A stretch of DNA of 64,000 nt from a candidate division WOR-3 bacterium (lineage in GTDB: Bacteria; Hydrothermota; UBA3073): the NCBI GenBank assembly GCA_023129165.1, contig JAGMCL010000111.1, positions 201 to 64,200 of the forward strand, in the 5' to 3' direction. Positions 9,239 through 18,443 of the stretch are shown here, piece after piece (the stretch's first letter is position 1; each line of letters begins with the position of its first letter). A model generated the notes under the pieces. That model saw only the letters and a list, made by a program, of their open reading frames with translations. It ran no database searches and had not been told where the DNA came from. The translations under genes were made by a program, and so were the position numbers.

Positions 9239-10102
9239 ATGAGGAATGCACTAATTCTCTTATGTTTGGCTTATTTTGTTGTTCCTGCGGTTGCCGAGAA
9301 TCTTATTATAAATCCAGGATTTGATGAAACTCCATGGGATACTGGATGGTCCTGGAAAGGATGGTCGGAAGAAGGAATTAGTATTGCAATACCAGATACG
9401 GAAAGATACTACACATCACCTCGAAGTTGCATGTTGCGAGCTATGACAAGTTGGCGCGGTGCGTATATAGACCTTTTCCAGGAGATACAACCTGCAGTAT
9501 CTTGTACTTGTAGAGTTTATTTTCAAAATAGAAGCTATAACAGCATGTATGCATGCACAGAATATCGTATTTATGTAAAGGTAAATAATGATTATCAGAC
9601 AGAATGGGTTTGCGAAGGAGATAATCCTGTTTGGACAAAGTGGGAAAAAATATATACTTCTTCCGACACTATAAGTAGTATCGAGTTTGGCATCATTGCT
9701 GGGAGTGGGCTGCATGGCTTTACAGCAGACGGAAACTTCTGGATTGATGATGTTTATATATCAGGTATAGTTGTAGGAATCGAGGAGGATATAAGTAATA
9801 ACAATGACTTTTTAGAAGTGTATCCAAACCCTTTCAGGGAGAGAACAGTTATCAGTTTGGAGTGCATCAACCGTGTTGATGCTGCTGTGACATGGTCACA
9901 GCACTCCATAAATATCTACGACCTTACTGGTCGTCTCATCCGCACTATTCCTCTTCCCTCATCTCCCTTCACTCCTCTCAAAGTTGTCTGGGATGGTAAA
10001 GATAGACAGGGGAATGAAGTACTATCAGGAGTATATTTTATACGACTTGAAATAACCAGTGGGACAATCAGTTATCCAACCAAAAAGCTTGTAAAATTTT
10101 AA
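9239..10102 (+). CDS. Secreted protein: CBM-like jelly-roll domain plus T9SS/FlgD-like CTD
   Basis: Signal peptide; NLIINPGFD and FWIDDV; CTD YPNPF..WDGKD..SGVYF. Confidence 0.82.
   Translation: MRNALILLCLAYFVVPAVAENLIINPGFDETPWDTGWSWKGWSEEGISIAIPDTERYYTSPRSCMLRAMTSWRGAYIDLFQEIQPAVSCTCRVYFQNRSYNSMYACTEYRIYVKVNNDYQTEWVCEGDNPVWTKWEKIYTSSDTISSIEFGIIAGSGLHGFTADGNFWIDDVYISGIVVGIEEDISNNNDFLEVYPNPFRERTVISLECINRVDAAVTWSQHSINIYDLTGRLIRTIPLPSSPFTPLKVVWDGKDRQGNEVLSGVYFIRLEITSGTISYPTKKLVKF
9858..9908. repeat. In-frame 51-bp palindromic element inside a T9SS CTD (copy 2)
   Basis: Same TGGAGTGC...GCACTCCA element as 6101-6151. Confidence 0.8.
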
Positions 10103-10117
10103 AATGTAAATACTAAA

Positions 10118-11386
10118 ATGCGTGAAAGATTAAATATCTTATTAGTGATAGTGTTTACACTATTAATTATAGAGTGCCTACAAGCTCAAGTTATTGCTAT
10201 AGATACTATCCAACTGGGTGCTGGAAATAATCCCTGTGATATTTCAGTTAATCCATATATAAAACGCATTTATGTATCATGCAAGGATAACAATATGGTC
10301 TTTGTTATTGATGAAACAAGCAATTCAGTTATCGATACTATATTGCTTAATCAACCTCGTGATATCTCAATTAATTCTAAAACTAATCGAATCTACATAA
10401 CACAAATTGGCAAAATTTCTATAATAGATGGTTTTACTAATTCTGTCATGGATTCAGTGACAATTGAAGACTATGCCGTTAATGTTTGTGTTAACCCCTT
10501 AACTAATCGAATTTATGTAACAGCGTGGAAGCGATATGCTATTGATCAAAACAGGGTTTACGTAATTGATGGCATAACTGATTCAATAACAACCACAATA
10601 CCTGTTGGTGAATACCCTGATGGTATTTCTATTAATTTAAAGCTCAACTATATTTATATAGCTAATTGGTATGGCAGCAGTGTCTATACAATTGCTGGGA
10701 CAAGTGATTCGATTATTGCTGCATTAGCAGTTGCCCAATGGCCTTATGGTATTTGTGTTAATCCAAAAACAAATTACGTTTATGTAGCCCATTATTATCA
10801 TTCTGTTTGGTACAATTCTAACCTTGTATCTGTAATAGATGAAACTAATAATTCAGTTTTAGCTACAGTAATTACTGGAACGAGTCCACGTTCTGTTTGC
10901 GTAAATCCAGAAAATAATCGGGTATATGTAGCGAATGAAGTCAGTAATGATGTTTACGTGATTGATGGAACAAGTTTTTCAGTAGCAGATATAATTCCTG
11001 TTGGCGTAAAACCTTATAGCATAGACGTTAATCCAACAAATAACAGAATTTATGTTACATGTTATGAAGATGAAGCGATATATGTACTTGAGGATTTAGT
11101 AGGAATAGAGGAACCCAGCTTTATACCTGAATCCTTTTCTCTTACTTTATTAGAAAATCCTGTGAAAGAGAAGGCAATTTTTCATTTGAATCTTTCAGAA
11201 GATGTTATAGTTACTTTACGAATATATGATATAATGGGTCGTTTGGTTGATTTGCTGCTTAATGAAAGGAAGGCTGCTGGTTTTTATGAAATATCATGGA
11301 TACCAGAGGTGAGTGCAGGCGTCTATTTCTATGTTCTGGAAACAGCACAAACAAAAAAATCAGGTAAGATAGTTTTGATAAAATAG
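10118..11386 (+). CDS. YVTN/YncE-type beta-propeller protein with T9SS CTD
   Basis: About seven P..I.VNP.TNRIYV..V.VID blades; CTD IYDIMGR..AGVYF. Confidence 0.9.
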   Translation: MRERLNILLVIVFTLLIIECLQAQVIAIDTIQLGAGNNPCDISVNPYIKRIYVSCKDNNMVFVIDETSNSVIDTILLNQPRDISINSKTNRIYITQIGKISIIDGFTNSVMDSVTIEDYAVNVCVNPLTNRIYVTAWKRYAIDQNRVYVIDGITDSITTTIPVGEYPDGISINLKLNYIYIANWYGSSVYTIAGTSDSIIAALAVAQWPYGICVNPKTNYVYVAHYYHSVWYNSNLVSVIDETNNSVLATVITGTSPRSVCVNPENNRVYVANEVSNDVYVIDGTSFSVADIIPVGVKPYSIDVNPTNNRIYVTCYEDEAIYVLEDLVGIEEPSFIPESFSLTLLENPVKEKAIFHLNLSEDVIVTLRIYDIMGRLVDLLLNERKAAGFYEISWIPEVSAGVYFYVLETAQTKKSGKIVLIK

Positions 11387-11578
11387 TATCACTTGTTCAT
11401 ATGGAGAATTCCCTAATTTTTTAAAGTTGTTCTTGTAGAGCATTGGTGTATTTAATGTATTATTAAATTTTAGTATTAAAATAGGAGTTGAAGTTATGAG
11501 TTGTAATCTTCTTTTGGTTTTGGATTAAGGCAGAAAATTTCTCTCTTTGATTAAATAAGAGAGATAAAAAGAGGAGAT

Positions 11579-14449
11579 ATGAAATACTTAAAAAACATAA
11601 AATATAGAAAGAGTCTAAATTGTTTGTTGGCAGGCAAAAAAACCTCGTTAGTAATATTTATGATACTTGTTTGTTTATCTGCAAAGGCAAATACTGATAA
11701 CAATATCGACGAGAGATGGAGTGATATTTTGAGACAAGGAGAGTGTAGAACATGGAGTTCAGGGGTAGAAGAAAAGAGGAGACGATTGAGAGGAGATATA
11801 CTAGAAATGAATGGGGAAGCCATTCCTATTCGAATGCCAAAGGGAGAAATTGTAACTGAAACTCAACTGGAAGTAATAAAAGATGTAATTAAAAATGACT
11901 TTCTTGTCAATGATGATACTACTTTTGGATGTTATCAATATACTCCTTCAGTAGGGATGAATGGTTCAGGTTGCTTTGTAATCTGCTGGCAGGATGGACG
12001 TAATAGCAACAGGGACATCTACACGCAGATATATGATGCTGGAGGGACTCCTCAGGGGTCTAACTTCAGGGTGAATGATGATGCAGGGACAAGTGAAAAA
12101 TGGTACCCTTCAGTAGCGATGGATGGTTCAGGCGGCTTTATAATCTGCTGGGAGGATGGACGTAATGGTGACTGGGATATCTATGCACAAATGTATAATG
12201 CCAGTGGGGCTCCACAAGGTCCTAACTTCAGGGTGAATGATGATGTAGGGTCAAGTAGTCAATGGTATCCTTCAGTAGCGATGAATGGGTATAGCAGCTT
12301 TGTAATCTGCTGGCAGGATGGACGTAATGGCGACAAGGACATCTACGCGCAGATGTATGATGTTAGTGGAAGTCCACAGGAATTTAACTTCAGGGTGGAT
12401 GATGATACAGGGTCAAGTTATCAACGCTGGCCTTCAGTAGCGATGGATGGGTCAGGCAGTTTTGTAATCTGCTGGAAGGATGAACGTAATGATTGGGATA
12501 ATCCTGACATCTACGCGCAGATTTATGATGTTAGTGGGACTCCACAGGGTTCTAACTTCAGGGTAGATGATGATACATGGGCAAGCGATCAATATACTCC
12601 TTCAGTAGCGATGGATGGGTCAGGCAGTTTTGTAATCTGCTGGAAGGATGAACGTAATGATTGGGATAATCCTGACATCTACGCGCAGGTGTATGATGCA
12701 AGTGGAACTCCCCAGGGGTCTAACTTCATAGTGAATGATAATACAGGGTCAAGCGGTCAACACAGGCCTTCAGTAGCGATGGATGGGTCAGGCAGTTTTG
12801 TGATCTGCTGGTATGATCGGCGTAATGATGATTATGACATCTACGCGCAGGTGTATGATGCAAGTGGAACTCCCCAGGGGTTTAACTTCATGGTGAATGA
12901 TGATGTAGGGTCAAGTAGTCAATGGTGTCCTTCAGTAGCGATGAATGAGTCAGGCAACTTTGTGATCTGCTGGGAGGATAAGCGTAACGGTGACAGGGAC
13001 ATCTACACACAGAGGTATGATGCTGGAGGGACTCCACAGGGTTCTAACTTCAGGGTGAACGATGATACAGGATCAAGTAGTCAATGGTATCCTTCAGTAG
13101 CGATGAATGGGTATAGCAGCTTTATAATCTGCTGGGAGGATGTACGTTATGGCAACAATGACATCTATGCACAGATGTATGATGCCAGTGGGACTCCACA
13201 GGTATCTAACTTCAGGGTGAATGATGATACATGGATGTATCGAGGGTATCCTTCAATAGCAATTGATAGTTCAGGCAACTTTTTAATCTGTTGGCAGGAT
13301 CTGCGTAATAGCTGGGATTATCCCGATCCTGACATCTACGCGCAGATGTATGATGCTGGAGGGACTCCACAGGGTTCTAACTTCAGGGTGAATGATGATA
13401 CAGGGGAATGTAGGCAAAAGTATCCTTCAGTAGCGATGGATAGGTCTGGCAGCTTTGTAATCTGCTGGTATGATCGACGTAGTTACGAGAAGGACATCTA
13501 CGCGCAGATGTATAATGCGAGTGGGACTCCTCAGGGGTCTAACTTCAGAGTGAATGATGATGTAGTGTCAAGAGATCAATGGTATCCTTCGGTAGCGATG
13601 GATGGGTCAGGCAGCTTTGTAATCTGTTGGGAGGATAAACGTAATGGCAACTGGGATATCTATGCACAAAGGTATGATACTAATGGAACTCCACTGGATT
13701 CCAACTTCAGGGTGAATGATGATACAGGTGTAAGTGAACAAGGGTATCCTTCAATAGGGATGGATGGTTCAGGCAGCTCTTTAATCTGTTGGGAAGATGA
13801 ACGTAATGGTGACAATGACATCTATGCACAGATGTATGATGCAAGTGGGAATCCTCAGGGGTCTAACTTCAGGGTGAATGATGATGCAGGTGTAAGTGAA
13901 CAAGGGTATCCTTCAATAGCGATGGATCCATTCGGGAGCAGGTTTGTAGTTGTATGGACAGATTTCAGAAATCCTGACGGTGACCCTGAGATTGTGGCGC
14001 AGAAATACGTGAATGGATCTCCTGTTGGTAACAATGTTCAGATAAATGAGCCTGATTTATTTCTGTATAATCATCAATTGTCAGGAAAATACTCTGTTGA
14101 TTGCAATAATGATATAGTTGTATTTACGTGGATGGACAATCGTAGGCATAAGGGGTGGGACATATATGGCAAATTGACCGATTGGGAACTTGTGGGGATA
14201 GAAGAAGATATAATACCTCAGGTTCCAGACCTTAAACTGAGAGTATATCCTAATCCCTTCCGTAGTCGTATTACAATATGTGGAGGAGATAGTAAGCTGG
14301 AAATCTATGACCTCTGTGGGAGATTGATAATAAAAACAGATAATAACTCCTGGAATGGTACAGACCAAAAGGGTAATGAAGTACAATCAGGTATTTATTT
14401 TATAAAGTCTAAAGGTTATGAACCTATGAAAGTAGTGAAGACAAAGTGA
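11579..14449 (+). CDS. Tandem 54-aa repeat (beta-propeller) protein with T9SS CTD
   Basis: 12 near-identical and 2 divergent repeats PSVAMDGSG.FVICW.D.RN..DIYAQ.YD.SGTPQGSNFRVNDD; CTD YPNPF..SGIYF. Confidence 0.9.
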   Translation: MKYLKNIKYRKSLNCLLAGKKTSLVIFMILVCLSAKANTDNNIDERWSDILRQGECRTWSSGVEEKRRRLRGDILEMNGEAIPIRMPKGEIVTETQLEVIKDVIKNDFLVNDDTTFGCYQYTPSVGMNGSGCFVICWQDGRNSNRDIYTQIYDAGGTPQGSNFRVNDDAGTSEKWYPSVAMDGSGGFIICWEDGRNGDWDIYAQMYNASGAPQGPNFRVNDDVGSSSQWYPSVAMNGYSSFVICWQDGRNGDKDIYAQMYDVSGSPQEFNFRVDDDTGSSYQRWPSVAMDGSGSFVICWKDERNDWDNPDIYAQIYDVSGTPQGSNFRVDDDTWASDQYTPSVAMDGSGSFVICWKDERNDWDNPDIYAQVYDASGTPQGSNFIVNDNTGSSGQHRPSVAMDGSGSFVICWYDRRNDDYDIYAQVYDASGTPQGFNFMVNDDVGSSSQWCPSVAMNESGNFVICWEDKRNGDRDIYTQRYDAGGTPQGSNFRVNDDTGSSSQWYPSVAMNGYSSFIICWEDVRYGNNDIYAQMYDASGTPQVSNFRVNDDTWMYRGYPSIAIDSSGNFLICWQDLRNSWDYPDPDIYAQMYDAGGTPQGSNFRVNDDTGECRQKYPSVAMDRSGSFVICWYDRRSYEKDIYAQMYNASGTPQGSNFRVNDDVVSRDQWYPSVAMDGSGSFVICWEDKRNGNWDIYAQRYDTNGTPLDSNFRVNDDTGVSEQGYPSIGMDGSGSSLICWEDERNGDNDIYAQMYDASGNPQGSNFRVNDDAGVSEQGYPSIAMDPFGSRFVVVWTDFRNPDGDPEIVAQKYVNGSPVGNNVQINEPDLFLYNHQLSGKYSVDCNNDIVVFTWMDNRRHKGWDIYGKLTDWELVGIEEDIIPQVPDLKLRVYPNPFRSRITICGGDSKLEIYDLCGRLIIKTDNNSWNGTDQKGNEVQSGIYFIKSKGYEPMKVVKTK

Positions 14450-14469
14450 TTGGAAAGTAAGAAGGAAAC

Positions 14470-15527
14470 AATGGGGTTAAATCTCGAAACTTGACAAATA
14501 ATCAATTCTCGTTATAATAATATTATGGCAAGACCATTAAGAATAGAATATCCGGGTGCCTTTTACCACGTGACCTGCCGTGGCAATGGACGTGCAAATA
14601 TCTTTTTTAATGATGGAGATCGACAGAGGTTTCTTATGATGCTTGAAGAGTCAATAAAAATCTATCGGGTTATTCTCAATGCTTATATCTTGATGGATAA
14701 TCACTTTCATCTGTTGGTGCAGACCGAGCGTGCTAATCTATCAGAGTTCATGCGTCGTTTTAATGTTTCTTATACTGGTTGGTTCAATTATCGGCATGAT
14801 CGTTGTGGCCATCTCTATCAGGGAAGATACAAGGCTTTCTTGATAGATGTAGATAGTTACTTACTTGAGGTTTCCCGTTACCTTCACTTAAATAGTGTCC
14901 GGGCAAGAAGCTTACATTCCTTGGATTATCAAAGGCAGTGGCAGTATGCAAAGAAATATAAATGGAGTAGTTTGCCTGGGTATATTAGTAAAAAGCGGGT
15001 TGCTGATTTCATTAAATACGACATGATTCTTGAGATGGTTGGTGGTCGGCGTAGGTATCAATCATTTATATTGGATGGATTAAAGCATGACATTGATAAT
15101 CCTTTTGAGGAGGCGCAGAATCAGGTGATATTGGGTGGTGATGAATTTATCGCTCGTATTAAGAGTGAATATACAGATGGTTCGTTACGTGAACAGCCAT
15201 CATATCGTGATTTAATGGTGGAGATCGTAGAACCAGAGTTGGTAATGAAATGTGCTACTGAGACATTGGGTATTGAGCGAGGGGATTTACAGAAACGTTA
15301 TGTTAATAGTGATGCTCGTGGTATTGTGAGTGATTTGTTGTATAGATATAGTGCTTTGACCCAGGTTGAGATAGGGAAGTTATTAGGAGGCATTGACTAT
15401 ACAGGGGTTAGCAAGTTGCGAGTTCGTTTGAGGCGGAGGATGTCATATGACAAGCGGGTTAGTGCGAGTTATGAGAAAACCGAGGCAAAGCTTAAGGAAT
15501 TGTCAAGTTTCGAGATTTGACCCCATT
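14470..15527 (+). mobile_element. Y1 (HUH) transposase element bounded by 28-bp inverted repeats
   Basis: AATGGGGTTAAATCTCGAAACTTGACAA (14470-14497) and its complement at 15500-15527 (1 mismatch) enclose exactly the transposase gene; no target duplication. Confidence 0.85.
14525..15520 (+). CDS. REP-associated tyrosine transposase-like Y1 transposase with C-terminal HTH
   Basis: MARPLRIEYPGAFYHVTCRGN, HUH motif NHFHL, GHLYQGRY, catalytic Tyr in RYLHLN, WSS; C-terminal HTH (LTQVEIGKLLGGIDYTGVS). Confidence 0.92.
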   Translation: MARPLRIEYPGAFYHVTCRGNGRANIFFNDGDRQRFLMMLEESIKIYRVILNAYILMDNHFHLLVQTERANLSEFMRRFNVSYTGWFNYRHDRCGHLYQGRYKAFLIDVDSYLLEVSRYLHLNSVRARSLHSLDYQRQWQYAKKYKWSSLPGYISKKRVADFIKYDMILEMVGGRRRYQSFILDGLKHDIDNPFEEAQNQVILGGDEFIARIKSEYTDGSLREQPSYRDLMVEIVEPELVMKCATETLGIERGDLQKRYVNSDARGIVSDLLYRYSALTQVEIGKLLGGIDYTGVSKLRVRLRRRMSYDKRVSASYEKTEAKLKELSSFEI

Positions 15528-15550
15528 ACCTACTCAAATTGATTTCATGT

Positions 15551-15613
15551 CCTGCCTGACGGTAGGTAGGCAAGAGATTACTTGACGCCTTTCCTGCCTG
15601 TCGGCCAGACAGG
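15551..15613 (+). repeat. Two CCTG-headed micro-elements immediately right of the Y1 element
   Basis: CCTGCCTGACGGTAGGTAGG 15551-15570 and CCTGCCTGTCGGCCAGACAGG 15593-15613. Confidence 0.75.
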
Positions 15614-15617
15614 TAAT

Positions 15618-15709
15618 TATTATCACAGCATATACGCTGCGGGCTTCGCCCTTGACCTTCGGGACATGCTCCCTTCGGTCACAGGTCGTATATCATGGAA
15701 CCGTTAGGC
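15618..15709 (+). other. attC-like site (integron cassette recombination site), degenerate left box
   Basis: Nested palindrome ATATACG..CGTATAT, CTG..CAG, TGACC..GGTCA, GGGA..TCCC ending in the GTTRRRY core GTTAGGC (15703-15709). Confidence 0.55.
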
Positions 15710-15752
15710 GAAATTATTCTTGGAAAAGCAACAATGTTAAGGAGGTAAAGAA

Positions 15753-16262
15753 ATGATGAGAAGTATAAGACATGTAAAAATCCCGTTATTTCTAATATCG
15801 AGTTTCCTTTGTTTAATGTTTTTGTTTTCTGGTTGTTCATCTGAATCTGAAAAAGATACTGCTAAACCACCTAACTATACGGACAAGATAGAGATTGAAG
15901 TGATACTGGAACCTTCAAGTAATCTTGAAGATCTGCATCAAAATGATATTATTTACACAATCACAAATTATGGAGACAAGACTATCACAGAGCTTTCCTG
16001 CGAGGTTGTATTCTATAATCGAGACGATACGGAAGTAGGAAGAATGCCTTGGTTGTTTCTCACAGTTGACAAGAAGTGGGAAGGTTTAGCCGTTGAAAGT
16101 CAGAAGGCAGTATATCGTTCTCTTCCTCCTGGCAAAACAATGAGCGCTGGTTATCCTTATCCTGCCTTCTTTGTCGGTCAGCCAGAACTCAGAAGTAAAG
16201 TAAAAGCTAACTGGGACAATCTGACAGTAAAACCAATTATAAAAAAGGTAATTGTAAAATAG
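15753..16262 (+). CDS. Lipoprotein of unknown function (probable gene cassette)
   Basis: SD AAGGAGG, lipobox FSGC, FxLYD-like ITNYGDKTI..FYNRD segment; flanked by attC-like sites. Confidence 0.8.
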   Translation: MMRSIRHVKIPLFLISSFLCLMFLFSGCSSESEKDTAKPPNYTDKIEIEVILEPSSNLEDLHQNDIIYTITNYGDKTITELSCEVVFYNRDDTEVGRMPWLFLTVDKKWEGLAVESQKAVYRSLPPGKTMSAGYPYPAFFVGQPELRSKVKANWDNLTVKPIIKKVIVK

Positions 16263-16292
16263 TTGCTTATTTATGCAATTTCTAAAAGCTTA

Positions 16293-16395
16293 GCTTATCA
16301 GTGGATAAAAGGGAAATCCCTATCTGCTGATAGGCAGGAAAAATATTCCCAACTCCTGACAAGTTAAAACTTGTTTTATCCTCGATATGTTAGGT
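16293..16395 (+). other. Second, degenerate attC-like site carrying a CCTG micro-element
   Basis: GGATAAAA..TTTTATCC stem and core GTTAGGT (16389-16395) followed by GAAAT as at 15703; 20-mer CCTATCTGCTGATAGGCAGG at 16319-16338. Confidence 0.4.
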
Positions 16396-16461
16396 GAAAT
16401 CGTGACTATTTGGTCTGGAAGTGTTCAACAGAGGTTGTAAAGGATGGATTGCAATTTTTCC

Positions 16462-16490
16462 TTGACAAATCCTTTATAATATGATATAAT
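16462..16490 (+). promoter_or_regulatory. Sigma70 promoter of trpS, probably giving leaderless mRNA
   Basis: TTGACA-17-TATAAT; ATG 7 nt downstream; no Shine-Dalgarno sequence. Confidence 0.7.
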
Positions 16491-16497
16491 TCACGGT

Positions 16498-17481
16498 ATG
16501 AAAAAGAAGATATTTAGTGGTGCACAGCCAACAGGAAGACTTCATATAGGCAACTACATCGGTGCACTCAAGAATTGGGCTCAGTTACAATATGATTACG
16601 ATTGTGTCTTCGGGATAGTCGATTATCACGCCATAAGTGTGCCATTCTCACCGAGTGAGATGAAGCAGAGGGTATTAGATTGTGCAATAGGGTTTCTTGC
16701 ATCTGGTATAGACCCTGAGAAATCCATTATTATGCTTCAATCACTTGTCCCTCAACATACGGAGCTTACCTGGATATTAAACTCAGTTTCACCTGTACAG
16801 GACCTTATGAGAGTCCCTACTTTTAAGGAGAAGTCGGCACAGCATAAGGGAAATATTAATATGGGACTCTTAGATTATCCTGTTCTTATGGCTGCGGATA
16901 TAATCATATACAAAGCGGACTTTGTACCTGTTGGCGATGATCAGGTGCCCCATATAGAACTAACCAGAGAAATAGCAAGAGAATTTAATAAGAGATATGG
17001 TTACACTTTTCCTGAACCAAAAGAAATTTTAGGACCAAGGATACTCGGACTCGATGGACAAGCCAAGATGTCAAAAACACTTGGAAACTGTATATACCTT
17101 GATGAAACACCTGACGAAATCTGGAAGAAGCTTGCACCTGCTCTTACAGACACACGAAGGAAGAGAAGGAATGATCCCGGTGAACCGAAAGACTGTAATA
17201 TTTACAACTGCTACTTAAAGAGATTTTGTGATAAAGAAGAAATCCGCTATATTGAGGAAGGCTGCAGGAAGGCATCTATAGGTTGTCTGGAATGTAAAAA
17301 AATATTATTCAAAAAAATAGTTAAAGAACTTACCCCTGTAAGGGAGAAAATACTGGAACTGAGACAGAATGAGAACTATGTGATGGATATAATATACAAA
17401 GGCTCAAAAAAAGCAAGAATTATTGCAGAGAAAACCCTAACAGAGGTAAAAGAGAAAATTGGTTTTGACTATAAATTATAG
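16498..17481 (+). CDS. trpS: Tryptophan--tRNA ligase
   Basis: SGAQPTG.LHIGNY, YPVLMAADI, VPVGDDQ and KMSKT. Confidence 0.97.
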   Translation: MKKKIFSGAQPTGRLHIGNYIGALKNWAQLQYDYDCVFGIVDYHAISVPFSPSEMKQRVLDCAIGFLASGIDPEKSIIMLQSLVPQHTELTWILNSVSPVQDLMRVPTFKEKSAQHKGNINMGLLDYPVLMAADIIIYKADFVPVGDDQVPHIELTREIAREFNKRYGYTFPEPKEILGPRILGLDGQAKMSKTLGNCIYLDETPDEIWKKLAPALTDTRRKRRNDPGEPKDCNIYNCYLKRFCDKEEIRYIEEGCRKASIGCLECKKILFKKIVKELTPVREKILELRQNENYVMDIIYKGSKKARIIAEKTLTEVKEKIGFDYKL

Positions 17482-17513
17482 AAGGTAATTTATTTATAAA
17501 ATTTACTATCTTT

Positions 17514-18443
17514 ATGAGGAATAGTCGAATATTTCTTATCCTCATTTTATTACTTTTTTTTATATCAATAATCTCTCTTTTTTTAGGTGTCTCCATTCCC
17601 TCTCTTCTTGTTGTTACTAAGATTAGGTTACCCAGACTTGTCCTTGCCATATTTGCCGGTGGTGCACTTGGTATTGTTGGTGCTGCTTTCCAGGGATTAT
17701 TACGCAATCCACTTGCAGACCCATACATAATTGGAGTTTCAGGAGGAGCTACACTGGGTGGGACTATATCTATTCTTTTGGGGATATGGCCCATACAAGC
17801 ATTTGCATTTGCAGGTGCAGTTGTTACTATATTTATTGTTGAGAGACTTGCAACTATATCCGGCAGGATGGAGCGAGAGACATTGCTCCTTTCAGGAGTT
17901 GTATTCGGAACACTAACATCATCTCTTGTAATATTATTTATGACAATAGGCGGTAAGAGTCTTGATGAGATGATTTACCTTATAATGGGTTGGCTGGGTG
18001 TCATCTGGGATAAAAAACTACTTATTGGATTTATTGTATCTGCCTTGATTGTGACTGTTTGCTCTTTTATAATCTGGATGCGTTCTAAGGAATTGAATAT
18101 ACTATCTTCAGGCGAGGAAGAAGCTATCTCTATAGGCGTGGATGTTGAAAGGCTTAAAAGAGAGATATTCATACTTGGTTCGATTATTGTAGGACTTGTT
18201 GTTTCACTTTGTGGCGCAATAGGTTTCATTGGCTTGATTGTTCCACATATAACAAGACTTATTCTGGGGCCTGACCATCGTGTCTTAATTCCTGGTTCAG
18301 CAATATTAGGCGCAGTGCTTCTTGTGCTTTCGGATATGATTGCAAGGGGTATTGCTGTTTATGAGTTACCCGTGAGCGTAATTACGGCACTCTTCGGTGT
18401 CCCCTTTTTCCTTTATCTCTTGAGAAGAAAAAATGTTAATTAG
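17514..18443 (+). CDS. FecCD/BtuC family ABC transporter permease
   Basis: RLPR, QGLLRNPLADP, GFIGLIVPH and GVPFF motifs. Confidence 0.93.
   Translation: MRNSRIFLILILLLFFISIISLFLGVSIPSLLVVTKIRLPRLVLAIFAGGALGIVGAAFQGLLRNPLADPYIIGVSGGATLGGTISILLGIWPIQAFAFAGAVVTIFIVERLATISGRMERETLLLSGVVFGTLTSSLVILFMTIGGKSLDEMIYLIMGWLGVIWDKKLLIGFIVSALIVTVCSFIIWMRSKELNILSSGEEEAISIGVDVERLKREIFILGSIIVGLVVSLCGAIGFIGLIVPHITRLILGPDHRVLIPGSAILGAVLLVLSDMIARGIAVYELPVSVITALFGVPFFLYLLRRKNVN

Noticed and set aside
11899-13930. Diversity-generating retroelement TR/VR pair
   Set aside because: Differences between repeats are not adenine-specific and include indels; no reverse transcriptase is present.
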